From NCBI GenBank assembly GCA_977017645.1, contig OZ360245.1:26040001-26104000 (forward strand): 64,000 nucleotides of DNA, read 5' to 3'. This DNA is from Torpedo marmorata. Lineage: Eukaryota. Positions within the stretch are counted from its first letter, which is position 1, and the number at the start of each line of letters is the position of its first letter. Shown here in pieces: positions 49,929 through 60,317 of this stretch. The notes under the pieces are model-generated. The model saw only the letters and a list, made by a program, of their open reading frames with translations, did no database searches and had not been told where the DNA came from. Position numbers and translations under genes: made by a program.

Positions 49929-50543
49929 CACTGGTCAACGAAGATTTTGCTTCCTGAACACTTTTGGGTGTATTTCATGGATTTTGGGCTGCTGATTACG
50001 AAAATCACCTTAAAATTTTCCGATCACATACCGTTTTTTAGATTTAACCTATTTTTGGGATTTCCTGTCATATTTTAAGTCTACTTCAAGCATATAAAAC
50101 CATGAAGTGCAACATGTCATTCAAAATTCATTTTCTGCATTCGCACTTGGACTTCTTCCCTGCTGATCTTGGTGCAGTCAGTGACGAACATGGTGAAAGG
50201 TTTCACCAGGACATTGTGACCATGGAAAAGCGGTATCAGGGCAACTGGAATCCACCAATGCTGGCCAACTATTGTTGGACACTGACACGAGAGGCATCAG
50301 ATGCTGAGTATAAATGAAAATCAGCTGCAAAACATTCTTAGGTCAGTTGAACTAACGCAATGTGTCAGCATCATTATGCGATTAAACATACTAAATTCAA
50401 TAAAAGTTAATTTAATGTTTCTCCAACTTCCTACATGATACAACTAATCTGAAATTATCTTTGTGTTCAGCTTGAAGTTGTCTATCATAATCCTCCATTT
50501 CTTTTCAGGAAGCAAACCTTTTGAAAAAAATTGTTGTCCAGTG
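49929..50543 (+). mobile_element. Chapaev3-like non-autonomous DNA transposon, inverted second copy
   Basis: CACTGG...CCAGTG termini, TAA TSD, MSFKIHFLHSHLDFFPADLGAVSDEHGERFHQDIVTMEKRYQGNWN relic. Confidence 0.78.
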
Positions 50544-50867
50544 TAATCATTCCACTAATATCATTGTTGACTGCAGTTTAGTTGTCCATAGGACAAATCC
50601 AAAATCCAAAAAGGTATGGCTGAGCATCAGATACATTTACACATTGTGATGTATAAAGATAACTTTCAGAACTAACACAAGAATGGACTTCTGCCGGTAT
50701 CATTAGCCTCACCCAACAACTCAAACAGTAAACATCTGATCAACACTGGGGTAGTTAGTCCATACTAGAGGTGTTCCTTATTCTGCCAGCACTTTGGATA
50801 TTCAACTTTGATCTTGAATTAGTGGTCCAGTTATATGAAATATGCAATGCAGGATAGAAAAGCAAAC

Positions 50868-51260
50868 ATAGAACAGTACACCATATGATTAGGCCCTTTG
50901 CTCTACGTGTCTGTGCCAAAAACAATGCCCAAATTAAACTAAAACTCTTCTGCTTGCACGATTCATCCCTCTATTCCCTGCATATTCATGTGTCTATCCG
51001 GAAGCCCTTTAAATGCTACTATCGTATCTTCTCCCACCAGTATTCCTGGCAAATGTTCTAAGGCACCAACCACTCTCTGTGTGAAAAGATTGCCCTGCAC
51101 ATCGCCTTTAGACACCCCCCTCACCTTAAATGCATGTCCTCGAGTAGTTGACATTTTTACCCTGGAGAAATGATTCTGTCTGTCTACCCCAACAATGCCT
51201 CTTATAAACTTCTATCAGGTCTCCCCTCAGCCTCCGATGCTCCAGAGAAAACAACCCATG
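50868..51260 (-). mobile_element. CR1 3' fragment
   Basis: TRGHAFKVRG...LFTQRVVGA relic and CR1 3' UTR. Confidence 0.8.
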
Positions 51261-52209
51261 ATATGCCTCAAATAAGAAATTTGATGAAAGCTAATACCCA
51301 CATACTGATTAAATGATACTGAGATGCATTTAATGAAAAGCCATCAAATATACAAATTACATGGAAGCTAAACATTTCATAATTATTGTTTTCTTTCATC
51401 CCTGATATGTAACAGTAGCAATATGATGATACAACATTTTGGAAAATGAATCATGATAAAATTATCATCATTCATCTTCCCATGTGTGTTGCATTATGGT
51501 GCAGATTTACTTACATGTATCACCAGATTTTAATATTGAGTACAAAATAATAAGTATATGTAAGACATAAAAATATGTATAACTTTTAAGATAATCAATT
51601 CAAACAGCACAATTAAGCTATATTTCATTCGCACCATGATATTAATTCAAGCACAAGCTCCTCTGGATTTTGACAGAGTGTAATTTCAAAAGATTCCATT
51701 GTGGGATGTCCTGAGGTTGCAAAAGTCACTTTATAATGTCTCCTTTGATGCATAATATGTGATTTGCTTTACACAGTTTAATAAAACAGTTAGACTTAAT
51801 AAGTGTGTCAGTGTTATTATAGTAGGTGGTGATCCCATAAATCGTTTGCATCCATTCTGGTGCATTTAAACTATTATGAATTGAAGAAGGACATAAGAGA
51901 GAATTGTACTTTTAAAAAGACTCAAAGGAATGCACGATTCACCCAGATTTAATACACAAAATGAGATTTCAAGCTGGATTGTATAAATAATTGGGCAGCA
52001 TGCATGATTCCTAAATGTCAACACAAGATAAAATTTCATCATGTTATTTTTAAGTAAAGCAGTATATTGCTTTATAAATTGGTCAAAAAGGTAATGTTAA
52101 CAGATCAGAGATCCAGACTCTCATTCTTTACTTTTTCACTTATTTACACAATACAATGCTTTCCTAATATTTATGCGGTATAGCGTGGTGGTTACATTGT
52201 ATTGTCATT

Positions 52210-53075
52210 TGCTCCCTTCTTCAATAAAGGAGACAAGTCTGACTGCAGTAATTAAAAAGAGGTCTTCCTGCTCTTTGCTTTGAGGAAAATCATCGCAAAC
52301 ATCCTTCTCAACTGTGTCCTCCCAGCGCCGAAATACTCCTCCCACAGGTGCAATGAGAATCACATCCATCAAGAGGTATAACTCACATGATTTCCACCGC
52401 ACAGGAAATCCCAGACAATTTGCGCAAAGCAGTTCCAGACTATGTAAAAGCCTCTGAATTCAACAACTTAGAGCAGTGGTTTTCAAACTGCCCCCCTAAA
52501 CTCACATTCCACCTTAAGCAATCCCTATGCCATAAGTGCTCTGTGATTAGTAAGGGATTGCTTAAGCTGGTATGTGAGTGGAAAGAAAAAGGTTGAAAAT
52601 CACTATTTTAATCGTACCTAATTGACTCGTTATGTGCACGGTTTCATAACTCCAAAGGAAATGGGCCAATGACAATTTTTCTCAAGCAAAATATTTCAGT
52701 AACAATTGGGTCCAGAGCAGTGGTTCTCAACCTTCCCTTCCCACTCACATAAGTAATCCCTTACTAATCACAGAGCACTTATGGCATAGGTGGTTCTCAA
52801 CCTTCCCTTCCCTCTCACATTCCACCTTAAGCAATCCCTTAAGGTGGAATGTGAGTTTAGGGGGGCAGTTTGAAAACCACTGATTTAGAGGGATGATGAA
52901 GAACCCTTCTCTCAAATTTGGGTGTCCTCAGAAATTTGTCACTATTTTACATGTGCTTTTCAATGACATGCAAGCTGTAACTCTAACCAGTAGGTTCACA
53001 GATCCAATCCCAGTGCAGATGTGGGTCAAGCAAGGTGGTGTCATTACACCAACCCTCTTCTAAATCATTCTTGTT
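52210..53075 (+). mobile_element. Degenerate RTE-clade LINE RT fragment, interrupted by a hAT MITE
   Basis: Relics FNKGDKSDCSN, GKIIANILLN, LKFGCPQKFVTIL, DPIPVQMWVKQGGVITPTLF. Confidence 0.7.
52474..52882. mobile_element. Composite hAT MITE, 409 bp, related to 16617-16779
   Basis: Long TIRs CAGTGGTTTTCAAACTGCCCCCCTAAACTCACATTCCACCTTAAG; 8-bp TSD ACTTAGAG/ATTTAGAG; internal extra TIR modules. Confidence 0.88.
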
Positions 53076-54596
53076 GTTATCTGCACACTGTGATGTGTAC
53101 GCTCAGCATTATTATGTTTATCTTGCATTGTATTCAACTTGAATTAACTGTATCTCTTGTTGAAGCTTATTAGCAATTCTGTGACTGATATGTACAGTAC
53201 ATGCAAGTGACCTAACAAAATTGGAGACAGTGAAAACTAATATTTGCTTTATGCTCTGTTTATCTATCTGGTTAAAATTTACTTGCGATCACTTAACTTA
53301 ATTGTACCTACTTTTATCAATGTTTTTTTTCTCACTTTTCTTGCAAAGACTAACTTTAAAAATCCCAATTGATGCAAAAATGTAAGGATTTTGACTTGAT
53401 GGATTATTTTGTTTCCAGAATCAAATGAATTAAAATACAAGTGAAATAAATTATTATATACTGTGTGCATTTCTTATATATTCCAAAACTTTAATCTTGG
53501 GAACCAGAGCATAGACGTAGAATATGTGAATTGCAAATTAATATTTATAAACCAGTAACAATATATACTAGCTTGCTTATTTGTAGCTATGTTGCCAACC
53601 TACAGTATCAGAAATTGTTTCTTGGAATTGCAGCTGGAATATCCAGTTACACAGTAATAGATTTTATTTCTGCCATAGTCCCAGAAATAAATGACTTCTG
53701 TAAAAATGTGTGCACTGACAGCAATTTGCATTAATTAAAGGGCTTCAATTGCCTCTTCCCTGTACAAACATAAACAATAAGTCAAACTGCATGTGAATAC
53801 AGTAAGCAACACTGTGTTTATTTTAGTTTCAACAGTATCTCATTTACATGTGTTAATTAGAGCTAATTGGGACTAATTAAATGAACAGGAACCCCTCTGG
53901 GATGTTCATACCTATAATTTTGGTAAATAGTCTTAATTAACATATGCAAGTTAGGGCTAATTAGCATTGATTAAGGGATTTTAGCTAAATTTTAAAGCAC
54001 TACTCTTCAAATACTTTAAGCAGTACAATATGTGGAATTAACAATTAAGCAGTAAACAGATAAAATGCCTTTGTTTCATTTAACATCAAGCTTATTTACA
54101 CTATTATAATTAAGATATTACTTAATATCACATGCTTGTGTGCCAATGATTATAAAGTCTTAACTTGGATAAATTAAATGTATCCATTTTATTGCAGCAG
54201 ATAATAATTTTAAATCTGGTTTGAACATTACATAATATATTAGCCTGAAGACTTTTTAAACCTCAAATCTTGTTTTGTGAAAATGTCAGAACTATTTATT
54301 TTCCTCATTAGTATTTCATGTACAATTGCTTGCTGATAAAGATAAAGCTCACAAGATCAATAATATAGCCCAAAATTATTTTATGGAGTAATTTTCTTAG
54401 TGAAATGTAGGGATATGGTCATTACATCTGGGCGAGGGTAGCAGTGAAGAATTCCTGGTGGCATCAATAAAGCATCAAGTTTGGCAAATGTATTCTTCTA
54501 TGCGTGGACCAAGATGTGAATAGAGCCATAAAATATAGTTGCTTATTTTCCCCTGTCATTACTGATAATTTCAATTTTCTTCACAATTTGAGGATG

Positions 54597-57500
54597 TAGA
54601 CAATAGACAATAGGAGCTGGAGTAGGCCCTTCAGCCCATCGAGCCAGCACCGCCATTTTACAGATCATGGCTGATCACTACTATCAGTACCCCTTTCCAG
54701 CCTTATCCCCATAACCCTTAACTCCCCTGCCCACTAGAGTCTTATCTAACTCTCTTTTGAACATAATCAGCGAATCTGCCTCTACCACCCTCTGTGGCAA
54801 AGCATTCCACAGATTCACACTTCTCTGGGTAAAAATTTTTTTCCTCATCTCCGTCCTAAAGGGCCTTCCCTGTATTCTTAAACTATGCCCTCTAGTCCTC
54901 GTCTCTCCCATCATTGGGAACAAGTAATCCGATTTCACCCTGTCTATCCCCTTGATAATCTTGTATACCTCAATCATGTCCCCCCTCATTCTTCTAAACT
55001 CCTTCGGATATAAGTCCAGTTTTTCTAACCTTTCAGCATATGTCAATCCTGCCATCCCGGGAACTAACCTTGTAAATCTGCGCTGCACACCCTCTACTGC
55101 TAGTATGTCCTTCCTCAAATTTGGGGACCAGAACTGGACGCAATACTCCAGGTGAGGTCTCACCAGGGCCCTGTACAACTGCAGGAGGGCATCTCTGCTC
55201 CTATACTCCAATCCCCTCTTTATGAAAGCCAACATGCCATTTGCCTTCTTCACAGCTTTCTGAACCTGCATGTTAGCCTTCAGTGACTGGTGTACAAGTA
55301 CACCAAGATCCATTTGCACTTCCCCACTCCCTAGCTTGTCTCCATTTAAATAATACTCAGCTTTCCTATTACTGCCCCCAAAATGGATAACCTCACATTT
55401 GCTCACATTGAACTTCATCTTCCATTCCTCAGCCCACTCTCCCTACCTGTCCAAGTCCCTCTGCATTTTCCTGACATCCTCCTCACACTTTACACCGCCA
55501 CCCAGTTTAGTGTCGTCTGCAAATTTGCTCATGTTATTAATAATCCCTTCATCCAAATCATTTACATAAATGATAAACAACTGAGGACCCAACACCGATC
55601 CCTGCGGCACTCTACTTGTCACATCCTGCCATCCTGAAAATGACCCACTTATCCCAACCCTTTGTTTCCTATTTCTTAACCAATTTCCTATCCATGTCAG
55701 CACCTTACCTCCAATACCATGCTCCCTGATTTTGCCCACTAGTCTCCTGTGCAGGACCTTATCAAAGGCCTTCTGGAAGTCCAAATACACCACATCCACT
55801 GGCTCTCCCAAGTCCACCCTCTTTGTCACATCTTCAAAAAATTCCAGAAGATTAGTCAAGCATAATTTACCCTTAAGGAATCCATGCTGAATAGCCCCTA
55901 AACTATTATTTCTGCCTAAGTGTTCTGCTATTACTCCTTTTATGATAGATTCCAATATCTTCATGATAGATTCCAATATCTTCATGTTCTGCTATTACTC
56001 CTTTTATGATAGATTCCAATATCTTCATGTTGAAGTCCCCCATAACTACCGTATTGCTACCATTTTGACATGCCACTTTTAATTCTTGATTTATACTACT
56101 TCCTATATCTGAGCTACTTTTCGGAGGCCTGTAAATGACCCCCATTATGGTCTTCATGTCTTTGCAATTTCTTAATTCTATCCAAACAGACTCTACCCCA
56201 TCTGTTTCAATGTCTTTCCTTTCAAACGCCTGAATTTCATTTCTTACCAACAGAGCTACCCCACCTCCTCTTCCTAACTTTCTGTCCTTTCTATAGGATG
56301 TGTACCCTGGAACATTTATTTCCCAATCCTGTCCCTCCTGCAGCCATGTCTCCGTTACTCCGATAATGTCATAATCTCCTATTGCCATTTGTGCCTCAAG
56401 CTCATCCATTTTATTCCTTACACTCCGTGCATTCATATACAATACCTTGATACCATACATCCCTTCTCTCTCCACCTTTGTACCTGACGCACTTGCCCCT
56501 ACTCTCCTATCCCTTTTTGTTCCCTCTTTCCTTATGGTTTCACCGTCTATCGGAACCACCCCTATATTCACTCTCCTATCCGTTTCCCTATCAGTCTGGT
56601 TCCCTTCCCCCTGCCAATTTAGTTTAAATCAAACCCAACGGCATTATTAAACCTAACCACAAGTTTATTGGCCCCCCTTGTATTCAGATGTAAACCATCC
56701 CTCCTGTAGAGGTCTTGTCTCCCCCAGAAGAGATCCCAATGGTCTATGAACCTGAATCCCTGCACTCTGCACCATTCCTTCAGCTACACATTTAACCTCC
56801 TGATTTTATTATTTTTGCCCCCACCCACGCACAGCACAGGTAGCAGCCCTGAGATTACGATCCTGGAGGTCCCGCTTCTTAACCTCCTTCCTAGCTCACG
56901 GTAGTCCCTCTTCAGGATCTCCTCCTTCATTTTATCCACGTCATTTGTACCTACGTGTATCAAGACATCCGGCCGCTCACCTTCTCCTCCCAGGATATTC
57001 TGAACCCTATCCGAGATATCTCGCACCCTGGCTCCTGGGAGGCAACACACCATGTGGGAACATTTGTCAGGTTCGCAGAATCTTCTGTCTGTTCCCCTGA
57101 TGATGGAGACCCCAATGACCACCTTGTTCCTCTTCCTTCCTTTCCGCACCACCGGCTCCCTTGGCCCAACCTCTGGCAGGTTATCTTCCCCAACATCATC
57201 CAATACAGTATATTTGTTGCTAAGAGCAGTAGCCACCGGGGTGCTCACCACTGACCTAGCAACTTTCCCCCCTCCCATGACAGTAGTCCACTTACCTGAC
57301 ACCCCCAATCCGGGGTAAACACTTCCCTGAACGTCGTATCTATAAATTCCTCACTCTCCCTGATAAGCTGCAGATCATCAAGCTGCAACTCCATTTCTTT
57401 AATTTTATTCTTTAATACTTGTGTCCCATTACATCCCCTGCAGGTATGCCCTGTGGGAAGGTTTAAGGTCCTCTCATTTACCTCCTCACTCTCTCTGACG

Positions 57501-58241
57501 AGCCTTAGGTCATCAAGCTGGAGCTCCAGTTCACCAACTCGGACCCTAAGGAACCCCACCTCGTCGCACCTGGCACAGATATGGTCATTTGGGAGGGTGG
57601 AAGTCACCCATGGCTCCCACATCTGGCAACTTGAGTAGAGCACTAACCCCATAGGCATGGCTCAGCCTTTTAATGTAATGTAATGTACAGTGCACTCACC
57701 TAGGAAGGGCTAATAAAACAGCCAACCTTTCTCCCCGCCTGCTTTCGCTGAAGCCTGATGAGCCAAAGCCTGGAAGTCCCAATCCTTCGCTGCGCCACTC
57801 ACTCGCTGAGCCGCTCCCTGTCCCTCTTATTTATTGGCCTTTTACCAATTAACCCCAACACCCTCTCCTGTATGCCCGACCAATGGCCGCCTCCGACTCC
57901 TCCTCTGACCTTTGCCGCAGGCCCCGGTAAGTTACTTTTAAAAAAGCCTTCTTACCTTCTCTCCGACTCTTTTCTCCTCTGTCGTCTCCTTTCTCCTCTC
58001 CCGACTGTGAGGCCCTGCCCCAGTAAGAGCCCTTAAAAAGACTTCTTACCTTCCCGACACCCTCTCCTGTACGCCCGACCAATGGCCGCCTCCGACTCCT
58101 CCTATGACCTTTGCCGCAGGCCCCGGTAAGTTACTTTTAAAAAAGCCTTCTTACCTTCTCTCCGACTCTTTTCTCCTCTGTCGTCTCCTCTCTCCTCTCC
58201 CGACTGTGAGGCCCTGTCCCCAGTAAGAGCCCTTAAAAAGA
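54597..58241 (-). mobile_element. Near full-length CR1 LINE (5' UTR, ORF1 Zn-finger/coiled-coil/SGNH esterase, internally deleted ORF2), inactive
   Basis: ORF1 ~57658-56645 (CARC/CRGC, LELQLDDL, CCLPGARV, IHVGTND); ORF2 APE (YMNARS, GVTETW, MGDFN) joined directly to RT (QHGFLKG, DFQKAFDKV, PQGSVLGP, FADDTK); (CTATTGT)n tail; several stops and frameshifts. Confidence 0.92.
57858..58241. repeat. ~199-bp tandem direct repeat (about 1.9 copies) in CR1 5' UTR
   Basis: Units start at 57858 and 58057 (ACACCCTCTCCTGTA..CCCGACCAATGGCCGCC...) and are nearly identical. Confidence 0.92.
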
Positions 58242-58896
58242 TATTGTGGGAGTTGGGGAAGTAAACAACAATCTGTATATATATATAAAACAGTATGTCA
58301 TGGAAATATCACAAGTCAAAATGAGTCACATATGGAAGTACAGTATTAAGATAGTTTGGTTTAAAAAAATAAGTTTTAAGGAGCCTGTTATGGCAGAGAG
58401 AGAAAATGAGCACAGAATTTTTAATGAAGGTGTTTAGGACTTTGGTAGCGAAAGGTATGGTTGCCAAAAGCGAAGAAGTCACCATTATTCAGGAAGTGGA
58501 GAAATCCAGATATCTCCAAGGATTATATGGCAGAAGAGATTACAGAGAGAGGGAAGGGTGCTGAGGAAACATTTGCAAACAAGGATGAAATTTGAAAATT
58601 GAGTGTTTGTTGTCAAGCCACATAGCTCTGCAGGCACCGGGTCCATCAGGAAAGAGGTATAGGTGCCACAGGACCGCGATTGTCTGATCTCGGAAGCTAA
58701 GCAGCCACAGGACTGGTCAGTACTTGGAGGGGAGACCGCCTCGGAACACCAGGTGCTGTAGGTTTCTATGAGGGGCGTTGGACAAAGTAACGACTCTCTG
58801 TCTGCCTTATGATAGACAAAAATTAAAGAATTTCATATATGTTACATTCTAAATGTAGTATTACGTGACAATAATGGAACCTTTTTACCTTTACCT

Positions 58897-59135
58897 CCAG
58901 GTTCAAGCAGAGTTGCTACTCCTCAACCATCAGACTCTAAACAACAGACTCAGTGACTCATTTAAGGACTTTACTTTGATCATTATTTATTACTGAACAT
59001 TTATTTTTTTGTATTTGCAGTCAGTTTGTTTACATTTCTTTCCTTTGTTTACATTTCTCTCTGAGTACAATTTACAGTTACCGATAATTAGAAATCCTGC
59101 CTGGCCTGCAGGAAAAAGAATCTCAGGGTTGTATC
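58897..59135 (+). mobile_element. Rex1-type 3' fragment
   Basis: Matches 8144-8406 (ccaggttca...ccatcagactc...catttaaggact...gaatctcagggttgtat). Confidence 0.75.
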
Positions 59136-59139
59136 TTCA

Positions 59140-60240
59140 ACTTTGACGGATTAACGAGATTTGGGATGACTTGGACTCAGTAGTAGATTTTGTATGATGG
59201 ATTTTATGTGGGTTAGGAAGAAGGAAACGTTCTATAGATTTCTTAGAAAAGTCAGGGCTAAAGGTAACGAAGTATGAATAAGCCACTCTGCAGCAGATGA
59301 ACTGAGGTAGGGTGCCACCAGGTGATTTTAGGGAGCTGGGAAAAAGCAATCGTCATGATAGAACTGTTCTGTGGTCCAAAGCTCAACTCAGGATCAAATA
59401 TGTTACCAAGGATGCAAAAAGTCTGGTTCAGTCTCAGACAGTTGACAAGGAGAGAAATGAGTGATGGTTTTAGAAGCAGTGAACGTGGAGACAGATGATA
59501 ATGACTTCATAATTAATTATGCAAAAAAATGGTCTCCTCCAGGACTGGAAGTCCAATGAGCATCCTGACAATTTAGATTTAGTGGAGGTGGTGATGAGAT
59601 ATAGCATGCCTTCAGTTTAGATGTGGAAACAAATGCTGAACATTTGGAAAAATTAAGGAACAGATTATAGATGAATAGTAAGAAGCACATAAGAATAGAT
59701 CCTTGGGGAAAACCAGAAAGCAAGTGTGCAAAGAAACCATCACTGCTGATTTCTCTTGGTAGATATAACTGAATGTATGAGAGTGAAGCCAGTCGAGTTT
59801 ACTTCCATCAGTTGTTGACAGCTGACAGGAAGATGGTGTGGACACTTGCTGCAGAGAGGTTCAGAAGGCAAGGAGGGGCTAGCTGATTGTTGTCAAGGTC
59901 ACACAGGATGCTAATTGAAATTTTGTAAGAGACATTTCTGTTTTGTGGCAGGGTTGAAAATATACCTTTGGCATGGTCATGGTTTGAAAGGCATTGGGTC
60001 TTCAAAGCCTTGGGAGAAAGGTAAAGTAGATAACTCTACAGTGACTGAGGCACGGTAGTTAAGGATTGATATTTTGACAGTGGAAACTTTGATGATGGGG
60101 AGAAGTTTAAGGAGAGACAGTATAACATTATTATGGGTGTGAGCAAGAAAGGTAATGAAGGGATGCAAGAGATAAATTTTGTCAAATGTTTGAACAGGGT
60201 TAGTGTGAGGTAGGGTTATTTCAATGGGTTGAGTCAATTA
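59140..60240 (-). mobile_element. Very old L2/CR1-group LINE relic
   Basis: Decayed RT motifs LLNLSAASVHTI and SGFPQGSIL; boundaries uncertain. Confidence 0.5.
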
Positions 60241-60317
60241 GGACTCTGGTCCTATCATTTCAATATTTGTAACAAGTAGGTCCACTGGCGAGGTGAGAGC
60301 TGAAAAATTAAAGGTTT

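Noticed and set aside
55921-56030. Short direct repeats resembling a CRISPR array
   Set aside because: No unique spacers; duplicated CR1 coding sequence in a vertebrate genome.
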